DNA of 64,000 nucleotides. It comes from a virus. Lineage: Duplodnaviria > Heunggongvirae > Uroviricota > Caudoviricetes. Positions 54,015-62,671 of the stretch are shown piece by piece. The notes under the pieces were generated by a model. That model ran no database searches, was not told the DNA's origin, and worked only from the letters and a program-made list of their open reading frames with translations. Positions within the stretch are counted from its first letter, which is position 1, and every line of letters starts with the position of its first letter. The stretch covers positions 103,003 to 167,002 of the IMG/VR virus record IMGVR_UViG_3300005512_005684. One strand, written 5' to 3'. The translations under genes were made by a program, and so were the position numbers.

Positions 54015-55406
54015 ATGTCTCTAGTAGCCTACCATCGAAAGCGTAGAGCAAGTAAGACAGACAAGAACGCTGAGACCAACAAGTGCGCGTGTGGCGCACC
54101 CATCGCGTGTGAAGAGACCGCGTGTAAGGCTTGCATGACGGCCACGAAAGTGTGCAAGGCGTGTGAGAAAGAGTTTGTCGGTGACGGGACAGTATGTGAC
54201 GCTTGCACGAAGGTTTCTTCCAAGGCGGTCAAGGCCGCTCGTACTCTCATTGCGAAGCGACACGAGATTGCTTTCACCGCGGCGTTCGACAAGGGCGAGT
54301 ACTTCGACGACGTGAAGGATCAATCGTGGTTCGTGGAAAAGGTCGCGCGTCGGGTCGAGGACCTGATGCGTAAGGCTGATATGGACGATCCAGACGCGGA
54401 TGACCTTTACGAGTGGGTTCAAAACGATTCCGATCTGTACAGACAGCAACATCTTCCGTGCAAAAAGAACCTTGCCAAGAAAAAGCACAATGGGACGTAT
54501 GATTCTGACAAGGCCGTAAAGCTCATGGAGCATCTTGCGGACTCTGGAGCGAAGAGTTACTGCAAGCAACTGGACGTTGGCGGAAGACCGTGGCACAAGG
54601 TGTTTCCGAAGAAAGTGCGTACGGAAGCGGCCAAGATGCTTCGCGACAACTTCGAGAACCAGTGGGGTAACGAAGAGTACGACTTCATGAAGCACTCGAA
54701 AGAGGCGGCGGCTCGTATGGCCGCTACCATTCGGGAGAACTCCGGGCCGTACACGGTGGACATTGACGTGGTGAAGGAACACGACTCGATTCCCGCGTAC
54801 GTGAAGCTCGTCGAGAAAGAGGTCAAGGATGGTAAGGGTCTGGTGGATGTGACGACCGTTACAGGGAATACGGCGTCTATCTTTTCTCACGGCTCTAATC
54901 CGGTAAGACGGATGCTCGGTGCGATTAGCGTGCCCGTCGATGCACTCAAGCCCGCCGCCCGAGCGAGGAAAGCCAAGAGTCTTTCTCCGGCGCAGACTGC
55001 GTACCGGGAGTTCTTCCAGAGTATGCTCAAAGACGAGGGAGTGAGTTCACCGGCGCAGCTTGAAGACAAGTCGGCGTTCTTCAAGAGAGTCAAGACCGAG
55101 TGGGCGAAACAAAAGAAAGCCTCGGTAAGACAGAAAGTCGAAGACCCGTCCGTGCTCAAGATCAGAGTAGCGCGCGACGAGGCTTTGGAGTTGCTGGATT
55201 ATCACGAAGGAATGGATAGCAACGTGTGTCTCCTGGGCACACGGAACTATGCCGGAGAACCGGTGCCCGTTGACATTGCCGCAAGCGCACTCCGCGAGTT
55301 GAAGGCTTCCCTTCGACGGTGTGAGGACACTGATCACTGCGCCGGACTCAGGAGGGTCATCGGCTATGTCAAGCAGGCCGCACAGAAAGCATCGAGTAGC
55401 CAGTAG
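54015..55406 (+). CDS. 463-aa protein with class-3 leader (MSLVAYHRKRR) and N-terminal Cys-rich segment
   Basis: AGGAGACGGAGCA RBS. CACGAPIACEETACKACMTATKVCKACEKEFVGDGTVCDAC. Confidence 0.35.
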   Translation: MSLVAYHRKRRASKTDKNAETNKCACGAPIACEETACKACMTATKVCKACEKEFVGDGTVCDACTKVSSKAVKAARTLIAKRHEIAFTAAFDKGEYFDDVKDQSWFVEKVARRVEDLMRKADMDDPDADDLYEWVQNDSDLYRQQHLPCKKNLAKKKHNGTYDSDKAVKLMEHLADSGAKSYCKQLDVGGRPWHKVFPKKVRTEAAKMLRDNFENQWGNEEYDFMKHSKEAAARMAATIRENSGPYTVDIDVVKEHDSIPAYVKLVEKEVKDGKGLVDVTTVTGNTASIFSHGSNPVRRMLGAISVPVDALKPAARARKAKSLSPAQTAYREFFQSMLKDEGVSSPAQLEDKSAFFKRVKTEWAKQKKASVRQKVEDPSVLKIRVARDEALELLDYHEGMDSNVCLLGTRNYAGEPVPVDIAASALRELKASLRRCEDTDHCAGLRRVIGYVKQAAQKASSSQ

Positions 55407-55722
55407 CGTTGTCGAGTTCCATCGGCTGCGTCTGGCGGATCGACCGAAGGATTATCTTGGAGAGTACCTAGACGCTCAGAGGCAATCTGAGGAACTAGAC
55501 GGGGCGATCATGCGCGAAGAGTTCAAGCCTTGGACTTCGCGAATGATCGCCCTTTTACGTGGTACGACAAGGTACTCGCCATACTTCGGTGACGTGGTGA
55601 AAGCTGCGGAGCATGGCCTGAACATGATGCGAATGAATCAGGGGTCGGTGAAGGAACCGGAGAAACTCGTGAAGCAGATCGAACGTCTGGAACAGATGGT
55701 TGCCAAGACAGTGGGAGAGTGA
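55366..55722 (+). CDS. hypothetical protein with class-3-like leader (HRKHRVASSVVEFHR)
   Basis: AGGAGGG RBS; 41-nt overlap with upstream gene. Confidence 0.3.
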   Translation: MSSRPHRKHRVASSVVEFHRLRLADRPKDYLGEYLDAQRQSEELDGAIMREEFKPWTSRMIALLRGTTRYSPYFGDVVKAAEHGLNMMRMNQGSVKEPEKLVKQIERLEQMVAKTVGE

Positions 55723-55726
55723 AGCG

Positions 55727-56767
55727 ATGTACGCTGAGTTTGCACAAGAAACGGCGGATCAAGTAGCAGTTTCCGCGGCTCCGTTCTTTGCCGATATGAT
55801 TAACGATGTGGCCGCGTCGAAGCAGATTCGAGTTCACGAGGTGTTTGGTTCGTTGGGTATCCGGTTGAAGGGTGAGTTGGAAACGTTGTTCAAGGAAGAG
55901 GGGAGGGTGTACTTTACCGACGCGTACAATCCTGAGCAGGCGGACAAGGGATTGAAAGATGATCCAGACGAGTTCAAGCAGGTGGTGTCGAAGGTGTTGA
56001 AGTCGATCTTTGGTAAGGCCAAGTGCAGGTTCGATGGATTCGGTCCAAAGTCGATCACGATGCGACTTAACAAACTTCCCGATCCACCTTACGCGAAAAT
56101 CATGTGGGACAGGGCAAGACTGTTCTACCAGATGCGTCACGCGTTCGTGGCCGTGTCCGTCCTCGATAAGGTCATGCGACGGAGCCGAATGGCTATGACG
56201 GTCTCGACCATGCCGACGTTGTGGTACGAGAACGACGCGGGAGAAAGATGGGAGCCGGACCTTGAAAGCAACGGCTATCCAGCCGAAGGTTTGCCGTCTG
56301 GATTCTGTTACCAGCATTCTCAGTTTCCCAACGTGCTCCGACACACGATCCTCAGACTTGTGCAAGAGTCTGAAGTGAATGAGTGTCCGCACTTGGAAAA
56401 GGACATCGAACCGACCGGAGGTTGGGTGAGTGGTATCGAGGGGAGGAAGTGTAAACAGTGTGGTGGAAGCCAGACCAAGAGAGTCAGTGACCCGTGGCCA
56501 CAACAGTGGGACGCGTACGGAAGCCAGGAGTTGGCCGCTATGGAGTCGAGCTACTCGGAAGACCTCGTGCTCGCAATGGCGAACTCAGGCGACTACACGC
56601 TGTCTCAGGCTATCCTCGTTGCTGCCAACGCGTGCGAGCGGTGTATGAACTCGTTGGCCGAGAAATACGGTCTGGAGTGGGGCTATCCCGAGTACTCCGT
56701 AGAATGGGAGCGGAGCCGGACGGAATGCGAATTCTGCGTTCCGAAGACGGGAATTATTCACAAATAA
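55727..56767 (+). CDS. 346-aa hypothetical protein with C-terminal Cys pairs
   Basis: GGGAGAGTGAAGCG RBS; CKQCGG...CERCMNS...CEFC. Confidence 0.3.
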   Translation: MYAEFAQETADQVAVSAAPFFADMINDVAASKQIRVHEVFGSLGIRLKGELETLFKEEGRVYFTDAYNPEQADKGLKDDPDEFKQVVSKVLKSIFGKAKCRFDGFGPKSITMRLNKLPDPPYAKIMWDRARLFYQMRHAFVAVSVLDKVMRRSRMAMTVSTMPTLWYENDAGERWEPDLESNGYPAEGLPSGFCYQHSQFPNVLRHTILRLVQESEVNECPHLEKDIEPTGGWVSGIEGRKCKQCGGSQTKRVSDPWPQQWDAYGSQELAAMESSYSEDLVLAMANSGDYTLSQAILVAANACERCMNSLAEKYGLEWGYPEYSVEWERSRTECEFCVPKTGIIHK

Positions 56768-56859
56768 TTCGACTTGAATTACTTCGGTCTATTTCACGGG
56801 ATCCAGGGTGTAGATGCGGAATACGGTGGTTTTGTGTCTGGATAGGATGGTCTGACTTG

Positions 56860-56960
56860 GACGTGGGAGCCTCTGGGTAGTTGACAACTTGACTTGATTT
56901 GCTTTAATTCTGGACGATAATTCTCTTGTAGGTTTGACAACGAGGACAGGAGAGATTGGT
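56860..56960 (+). promoter_or_regulatory. candidate promoter cluster with repeated TTGACAAC boxes
   Basis: TTGACAACTTGACTTGATTTGCTTTAAT (TTGACA-N16-TTTAAT) and a second TTGACAAC 50 nt downstream, in an ~800-nt low-coding stretch. Confidence 0.3.
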
Positions 56961-57072
56961 GTTTGCCTCGTCCAGGTCTAACCCGATAGGACGCCTCCAA
57001 TCGAGCGCGCGACAGGACGCGCATTTGCCTGGACGGGGCAACATCGTTATTCTACTGGTGGAGGGAAGCACA

Positions 57073-57240
57073 ATGAAGGAACTACTGAAAGAGTTGTGCT
57101 TTTGCGTGCGTGCCTGGTTCGAGGCTCGGTTCGGGACGCGCAAGATCGCCAGTATCCAGGACCCGGAGAAACGTAAGCGGGCGAAGGTGCTTGCTTCCGG
57201 CTCCAGCGGGAAAGAGACTCATGTGGTGGAGGTTCGGTGA
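57073..57240 (+). CDS. short ORF (55 aa), basic
   Basis: GGAGGGAAGCACA ATG; MKELLKELCFCVRAWFEARFGTRKIASIQDPEKRKRAK. Confidence 0.2.
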   Translation: MKELLKELCFCVRAWFEARFGTRKIASIQDPEKRKRAKVLASGSSGKETHVVEVR

Positions 57241-57348
57241 AGTGTCTTACAGTGTCGTCTCTTTCGGTTGCCGTATTTTTGCTCCGGCGAGGGGGAGGGT
57301 GAGGTTCTTCACAACCTTGCTCTCCCTTTCGCTTTTGAGGGGGAAGCT

Positions 57349-57495
57349 ATGAGACAGCGAAGGCTGAAGCGTCGTGATCCGGTGCCGGGGATCAAGTTGT
57401 CGAGGTTCAAGCAAAACTTGACTCCGCTCTCTGACGATCCTGCGTGCGACGATAGGGAAGCGTATCGGAGTTCGGTGCTCGAAGCTGTTCGGTAA
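57349..57495 (+). CDS. short ORF (48 aa)
   Basis: GAGGGGGAAGCT ATG; MRQRRLKRRDPVPGIKLSRFKQNL. Confidence 0.2.
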   Translation: MRQRRLKRRDPVPGIKLSRFKQNLTPLSDDPACDDREAYRSSVLEAVR

Positions 57496-57594
57496 ATTGA
57501 AATTGAAATCAGGCTAGGACTTCGGCTCGTCGGAAGGCTCCCAACATTGTAAAGCGCCAGGCGGCGAGCCAAGTCCAGCCTAACAGGAGCTAAG

Positions 57595-58020
57595 ATGCTG
57601 TTCGAGATTGAGACGACGGGAAGCAAGGTAGAGTATCGGGTGGACAAAGCGGTAGTTGCCGAACACTACTGGGAATGGCTGCGGGACATCTACGTCAACA
57701 AGCTCTTGGTCAACGCAGTTGATTTGGGGTCTGCCGACATTAACAAGGAAGTCGTGGCTTTCGTCATGGACGGACGCCTCCATATCAAAGGTATTCTGGC
57801 CGAAGTTCAGGACGACAATTTCGTGTTGGTTTGTGCCCACGTTATGGGTCTGGGCGATGGTGACGACGAGGAAGAATTCTTGACATTGCTTCGGAGTAAG
57901 TATGGGTCGCTTATGCGGTTGAGTGGAGGGTCGATTCGTGTTTTCTTCGAGGAAGTGAGTCGGAGCTTCATTCAGCGTGATTCTACAGAGCAATTGAAAG
58001 GGAGAAACGATGACACGTGA
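57595..58020 (+). CDS. hypothetical protein
   Basis: AGGAGCTAAG ATG. Confidence 0.3.
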   Translation: MLFEIETTGSKVEYRVDKAVVAEHYWEWLRDIYVNKLLVNAVDLGSADINKEVVAFVMDGRLHIKGILAEVQDDNFVLVCAHVMGLGDGDDEEEFLTLLRSKYGSLMRLSGGSIRVFFEEVSRSFIQRDSTEQLKGRNDDT

Positions 58021-58309
58021 ACAATTTCTGGCGTGCTTCAAGGGGTGTGTCGTAGGGGAGTTCAAGCCGACCGAGGGGATCAAGTTCAACGAGAACGTGA
58101 CGATCACGATTGAGCTACGCAGTCACGTTAAGTGCGGAGGCATGGTCGAGTCGAGTGAAGGTATGAGCTACCGCAATGAGATCGTCGAGATCGCCAATGG
58201 TGTATTCGAGCTTTCGACGTTCAGCGAGAGCGTGTCCATCCGTACGGAACGTTTCGCTCTGGAGGACGTGCTCAAGGTTCAACAGGGCTTTGACGAGGCC
58301 GCAGAATGA
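58010..58309 (+). CDS. hypothetical protein
   Basis: AAGGGAGAAACG ATG. Confidence 0.3.
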   Translation: MTREQFLACFKGCVVGEFKPTEGIKFNENVTITIELRSHVKCGGMVESSEGMSYRNEIVEIANGVFELSTFSESVSIRTERFALEDVLKVQQGFDEAAE

Positions 58310-58878
58310 ACGAAAAGAATCAGCTACAACCTCCGCGGTTGCTGAATGAATGGCTGTCCGAGAACATGCCGAAAGAAACCATGAGATTTCGGAACGGTTT
58401 CTGGGATCAAGTCAATTTCGTTCGTCAAGAAATCCTTGGTTTTCTTTCCTACGAGCCGGAACGTCGAGACAGTTACTTTGAGGAAGAGTTCGACCCTCTA
58501 AGGAAGGAAGGGATACGAGTAATCGCGACTCATGGATCGAAGTCCATTGATCTTCCAGTCTATGACTTCACGTGGCGTGGGATACGTTTCACGATGGAGT
58601 ACAACTTCCATATCTGGTTTATATCGGTGCGTTCGTCGGTGGCAATGTCGATTGACTTCGATAACCTTGTGGGCGACGGAGACTATCGGAACTCCGGGTG
58701 CGTGAATGGGATCGCCAGCAAGGATTTGTTCCCACCGTACAAACAGGATCATCGGAACTTCACCGTGTGTCTTGGTAACAATTACCTGGTCTTCGTTTTC
58801 TTTTGGCTGATCAAACAGTGGCAACTGAGAGTGTGTGGTGGATATGAAGGGGCGAAAGAACAAAACTATTCCGCATAA
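58306..58878 (+). CDS. hypothetical protein
   Basis: ATGA overlap. Confidence 0.3.
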   Translation: MNEKNQLQPPRLLNEWLSENMPKETMRFRNGFWDQVNFVRQEILGFLSYEPERRDSYFEEEFDPLRKEGIRVIATHGSKSIDLPVYDFTWRGIRFTMEYNFHIWFISVRSSVAMSIDFDNLVGDGDYRNSGCVNGIASKDLFPPYKQDHRNFTVCLGNNYLVFVFFWLIKQWQLRVCGGYEGAKEQNYSA

Positions 58879-59392
58879 GTTCTCGGGGCCGCCGTCCAAG
58901 GGCTTCCTCTTGGCTCACTTGCGGAAGAAGATCAATCAGCGGGCGGAGTTTGTACTGGGTGACCTGGATCGAGGTCACTGGGGCGAGCCGCTGAGTGAGG
59001 GTGGTTTCGATCTGGCTCGACCGATAGTCGTGAAGGGAATCTTTTGCGGGATCATTAAACGACTGGATGGTGACCGGAGTATCATTGACCATAAACTACA
59101 CAATTATCCCCCGGACAGGATGCAACCTCTCTTCGCGTTTCGGGACGTGGTTTTTGTTCAAGATGACAAGGAAGCCATCGTGTTCGGTCGGGATCGTCGG
59201 GTCAATAAAAAGTGCATGACATACTTCAGCATTCGAGAGATCATGGTGTGGCGACGTTCGATACTTCCGTCTGGTGACGGAGCAGATTTTTTAATGAGCG
59301 GGATTGCTAAATCAGGTGAGTCTTTCGCGTGCGGTTCCTCACTCAGAAAAGAACCGCCGCCCCCGCTTAAATTGGCATTGACAGGAGGCTAA
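58844..59392 (+). CDS. hypothetical protein
   Basis: Internal ATG (MKGRKNK) of ORF 58835..59392; overlaps upstream gene by 35 nt. Confidence 0.3.
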   Translation: MKGRKNKTIPHKFSGPPSKGFLLAHLRKKINQRAEFVLGDLDRGHWGEPLSEGGFDLARPIVVKGIFCGIIKRLDGDRSIIDHKLHNYPPDRMQPLFAFRDVVFVQDDKEAIVFGRDRRVNKKCMTYFSIREIMVWRRSILPSGDGADFLMSGIAKSGESFACGSSLRKEPPPPLKLALTGG

Positions 59393-59395
59393 CAC

Positions 59396-59896
59396 ATGCC
59401 GAAGATTCACAACTACGATACTTGCTCTGCGCTTTACCACGGCCTGAAGGGACACGTGGACAAGTGCGAGTTCCGCGAAGAGGAACAAGTCACCTATGAG
59501 TCGTCAGACTTTCCCCAGGAGCAAGAACACGGGTTTCAATGCGATTGCTGCGGCACCTTGTTCGTGATCAAGATGGATCAGATTAAGGAAGCCGGAGAGA
59601 ACTGCCCGGCTGGCGTCGTGAAGGCGTTGACGACTTCCGAGGGGCGGTGTCGGTTGGCGAAGCGTGTGGCCGGGGAAAAGCTCACCATTGCGGAGATCAT
59701 CGAGGAAGGTTTCACACACACGGTCACGGGTGTCAAGAAATCCGGGAAGCGCACGTACATTGTCATGAAGGTGTTCGCTAACAAGGAAGTGATCGGCGAG
59801 TTCAAGGTCGAGTCGGACTGGGAACTGTACCCGTTGCTCCATGAGCTTTACGGACAGGTGAATGGGAAACCTAAGAAAGGGAAGAGGAGAAAATGA
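59396..59896 (+). CDS. hypothetical protein (CDCCGTLF Cys cluster)
   Basis: AGGAGGCTAACAC ATG. Confidence 0.3.
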   Translation: MPKIHNYDTCSALYHGLKGHVDKCEFREEEQVTYESSDFPQEQEHGFQCDCCGTLFVIKMDQIKEAGENCPAGVVKALTTSEGRCRLAKRVAGEKLTIAEIIEEGFTHTVTGVKKSGKRTYIVMKVFANKEVIGEFKVESDWELYPLLHELYGQVNGKPKKGKRRK

Positions 59897-60045
59897 ATCT
59901 CCAGTTCCTTGAAGGCGACAAGTGTCCAGGGTGTCATGCGACGACCGTGGTGCGAGAGGGTATTTCTCACGACCACGGAGTGAGGCGAGAACCGACGGGT
60001 CGCCAGATCAGAACTCACGTGAATGGGAAACGGTGGGAGGAGTGA
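59893..60045 (+). CDS. 50-aa zinc-ribbon peptide (not in ORF track)
   Basis: ATGA overlap. MNLQFLEGDKCPGCHATTVVREGISHDHG. Confidence 0.25.
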   Translation: MNLQFLEGDKCPGCHATTVVREGISHDHGVRREPTGRQIRTHVNGKRWEE

Positions 60046-60294
60046 GAGTTTCTCTGCGGCTGCGTACTGGAATACGTGCCGAACTTTGAGAGGACTCAGG
60101 TCAAGACTGAGTGTCCGAACACGGTCGAGCGTATCGAGCAACGAAGGCGACGGGAAGAGTCCAAGGAAAGGGTGACGAGGTACATTAGTCGGTTGCAGCA
60201 TGTAGACCCTGGTTTCAAGAAAGCTCTACGTGGTGCGGTTTCGGGATTGTCGGTCGATGGTGTGTTTGTAGTACCGTCTGACAGGTAACTGGGT

Positions 60295-61038
60295 ATGAGC
60301 GTCATAGACATTTTCGTCGATGGATCATGCCTTCAGAATCCGGGTGGTGTCGGAGCGTGGGCGGCGATACTGGAGTCGGGTTCTCACCGTCGAGAGATCG
60401 CCGGTGGTTTGACCGAGACTACGAACAATCAGGCGGAGTTAATGGCGGCGATCAAGGGCGTCTCCCTGATCAAGCGTGGTGACCCGGCCAAGGCGATCAA
60501 CGTCAACGTATTCTCTGATAGCCAGTACGTCGTCTATGGTGCGCGGGAGCGAGCGAAGCGTTGGCGCTCACAAGGCTGGCATACGAACTCAGGTGGCCAC
60601 GTGGCGAACGAAGGTATGTGGAAAGACTTGCTGAGTCTCACGGAGCGAAAGGACTTGCTCATACAGTGGGAGTGGGTGAGAGGTCACTCGGGGCACCCTC
60701 AGAACGAGGACTGCCATTACTTGGCGGAGCAGGCGGCGAATGCGGCGAACTGCGGAAGAGTGGTTGAGCTTGACCGACGTGGGTACTCGTTGGCGGCGCT
60801 CTGCGAAATGGGAAACCGTCATGTCCAACGGGGACGCGAAGAACGGGAAGTTCAGAATTGGTTCATGGGCAGTATTCGTAATGACACGGAAGCTGATTGC
60901 GAACATGACTTCAAGTGGGAAGAGGAAGAGATTGATCTCGGTGGTGCGGCGTACCGAGTCGAGGTGTGTCTGAAGTGCGGTCACGTGCGGTTGTGTGTCG
61001 ATTGGTCGAGCTTGTACGAAGCCTTGAAGGGAAAATGA
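60295..61038 (+). CDS. rnhA: ribonuclease H (RNase HI-type) with C-terminal Cys-rich extension
   Basis: IFVDGSCLQNPGGVGAWAAIL...TTNNQAELMAAIKGV...VFSDSQYVV...WEWVRGHSGHPQNEDCHYLA matches the RNase H1 DEDD motifs in order. C-terminal CEHDF...CLKCGHVRLC. Confidence 0.65.
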   Translation: MSVIDIFVDGSCLQNPGGVGAWAAILESGSHRREIAGGLTETTNNQAELMAAIKGVSLIKRGDPAKAINVNVFSDSQYVVYGARERAKRWRSQGWHTNSGGHVANEGMWKDLLSLTERKDLLIQWEWVRGHSGHPQNEDCHYLAEQAANAANCGRVVELDRRGYSLAALCEMGNRHVQRGREEREVQNWFMGSIRNDTEADCEHDFKWEEEEIDLGGAAYRVEVCLKCGHVRLCVDWSSLYEALKGK

Positions 61039-61286
61039 AAATGTCCAGACCTAGCCACCCACCATTGCCGTTGAAGCAAAACCTCATGGAACTTGGGAAC
61101 CGTCTTGTGACAGAGCACGGCTTCAATCCTTCAGCGGGCACTGCTGTGGGGCCGATCCATGAAGAAATGCTGCGTTCGACCGATGTCATTACGCTTTTCA
61201 CGAGGTGGCTCAATGAGGTACCTGAGGCTCGTGAGATTCTCCTGGACATGGGTTACCAATGGCCGGTGTATCCGGTGACAGAGTAA
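61035..61286 (+). CDS. small hypothetical protein
   Basis: ATGA overlap. Confidence 0.3.
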   Translation: MKMSRPSHPPLPLKQNLMELGNRLVTEHGFNPSAGTAVGPIHEEMLRSTDVITLFTRWLNEVPEAREILLDMGYQWPVYPVTE

Positions 61287-61288
61287 GT

Positions 61289-61325
61289 GCCGCTCAGGCA
61301 CTTGCATCGTTTCGTCTTTTCTGGT
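61289..61325 (+). terminator. candidate intrinsic terminator
   Basis: AAGTGCC-GCTC-AGGCACTT hairpin followed by GCATCGTTTCGTCTTTTCTGG. Confidence 0.4.
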
Positions 61326-61421
61326 AAAACTCCAAACAGAGTTGTTGAGTTGAGTAGCAATCAGACCCAGAATCCAAAGACGGTTTTCCCTTCATGGGGA
61401 AAATCGCCTTTTAGACGCCTT

Positions 61422-61466
61422 ACGGCTGGAGGACGCTACTCAGCGATTTCCAGCCGTTTTCTTTTG
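61422..61466 (+). terminator. second hairpin with U-tract in the same 295-nt gap
   Basis: GGCTGGA-17 nt-TCCAGCC followed by GTTTTCTTTTGCC. Confidence 0.3.
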
Positions 61467-61581
61467 CCTTTGAGGGACTACCTATGCGGTGACATTGCTG
61501 GAAAGTGTTCGTGGGAACGTCGGTGAAAATCGGAATCCCATACAGTTGTTGAGTTGTTGTAGATCAGATAAGGAGACGATC

Positions 61582-62565
61582 ATGTCTTACGAGACCAAGA
61601 TGGACGAAGCGCGTCAACTCCTGACGGAGCATAACGCGTCTTTGGCAGAGGATCAGAGAGTTGACATTGACGAGATCATGGGCAACATCCGCGAGGGCGG
61701 AGGGACGAGCGAAGACGCTCTTGCCGCGGCTTCCTACGAAGACCTTGCCGCGTGCGGTGTTCCGAATATGTTGGCCAGACTGATTGCTCGGAAGTTCCGA
61801 GTCGGTGTGGAACTGGAGGGGGGACAGGAACCGGATGCGGAAGGTGGAGTTCCTCAGAACATCGTCGTGGAAGTCAATGACGACGACCCTACCAAAAAGG
61901 CCGCACGCTTGAAGCCCAAGCAACTCGTGGCCGAGTACGATCCCGAAAACCCGGATGACGCGTTCGGTTCGCGTCTCGCGACGATCTCCAAGGGACAGCC
62001 GTTCCTGGTGTACGATGACGAGGCCGCGTTGAAGCTCAATGTGGCGGTCTCCCAGGACCTCTTACAGGAGCTTCGCGACGGACACACTCCGCGGGACACG
62101 TACAAGCTCGGAGATACGGGAGTCGTTCGGGTGTACCCGGTGGGTGCCAAGCCCGCACAGTACTTCGACGAGAATCCGGTGCGACCGGGACAGACACTCA
62201 GGAGTGACGGGACTTCCGCACTCGGTGTGCCGTGGGGTCGGCTTGAATTCAAGGTGCGTCAGTTGATCTGGATTGCCGCGAAAGAGACTGGGGAGATCGA
62301 TATGACTCCTGGTGTACAGCCGGTGCACGCGACGGGTACAAGTCGAAAGACCCTCGCACGGCGAGCGGAACAGGACTTGTTTGACATCCTTCGGGACAAG
62401 CCTTTCGAGGAAGTCGCGGAACGGTTCGATGAAGCCGCGGTCAAGTTCCGCGAGTTGTCTCCGGGCAAGCTCCCGGACCTGCGAATCCTCAAAAGCGCAG
62501 GCGACCGGAAGGACAGACCGGGAAGACCGCAACAGCCGTTCGCAGTCGGAAACGAAGTGACGTGA
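61582..62565 (+). CDS. 327-aa hypothetical protein
   Basis: AAGGAGACG RBS before ATG (MSYETKMDEAR). Confidence 0.35.
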   Translation: MSYETKMDEARQLLTEHNASLAEDQRVDIDEIMGNIREGGGTSEDALAAASYEDLAACGVPNMLARLIARKFRVGVELEGGQEPDAEGGVPQNIVVEVNDDDPTKKAARLKPKQLVAEYDPENPDDAFGSRLATISKGQPFLVYDDEAALKLNVAVSQDLLQELRDGHTPRDTYKLGDTGVVRVYPVGAKPAQYFDENPVRPGQTLRSDGTSALGVPWGRLEFKVRQLIWIAAKETGEIDMTPGVQPVHATGTSRKTLARRAEQDLFDILRDKPFEEVAERFDEAAVKFRELSPGKLPDLRILKSAGDRKDRPGRPQQPFAVGNEVT

Positions 62566-62671
62566 GTCGCTCATGATCCTTTCGTATTTCGTGCGAGGGG
62601 TGCGAGCGTAATACAGGGCGCAAGTGCCCCTCGCGCATTCTTTCTGATTCGAGTTTGGGAGATACGAGACC

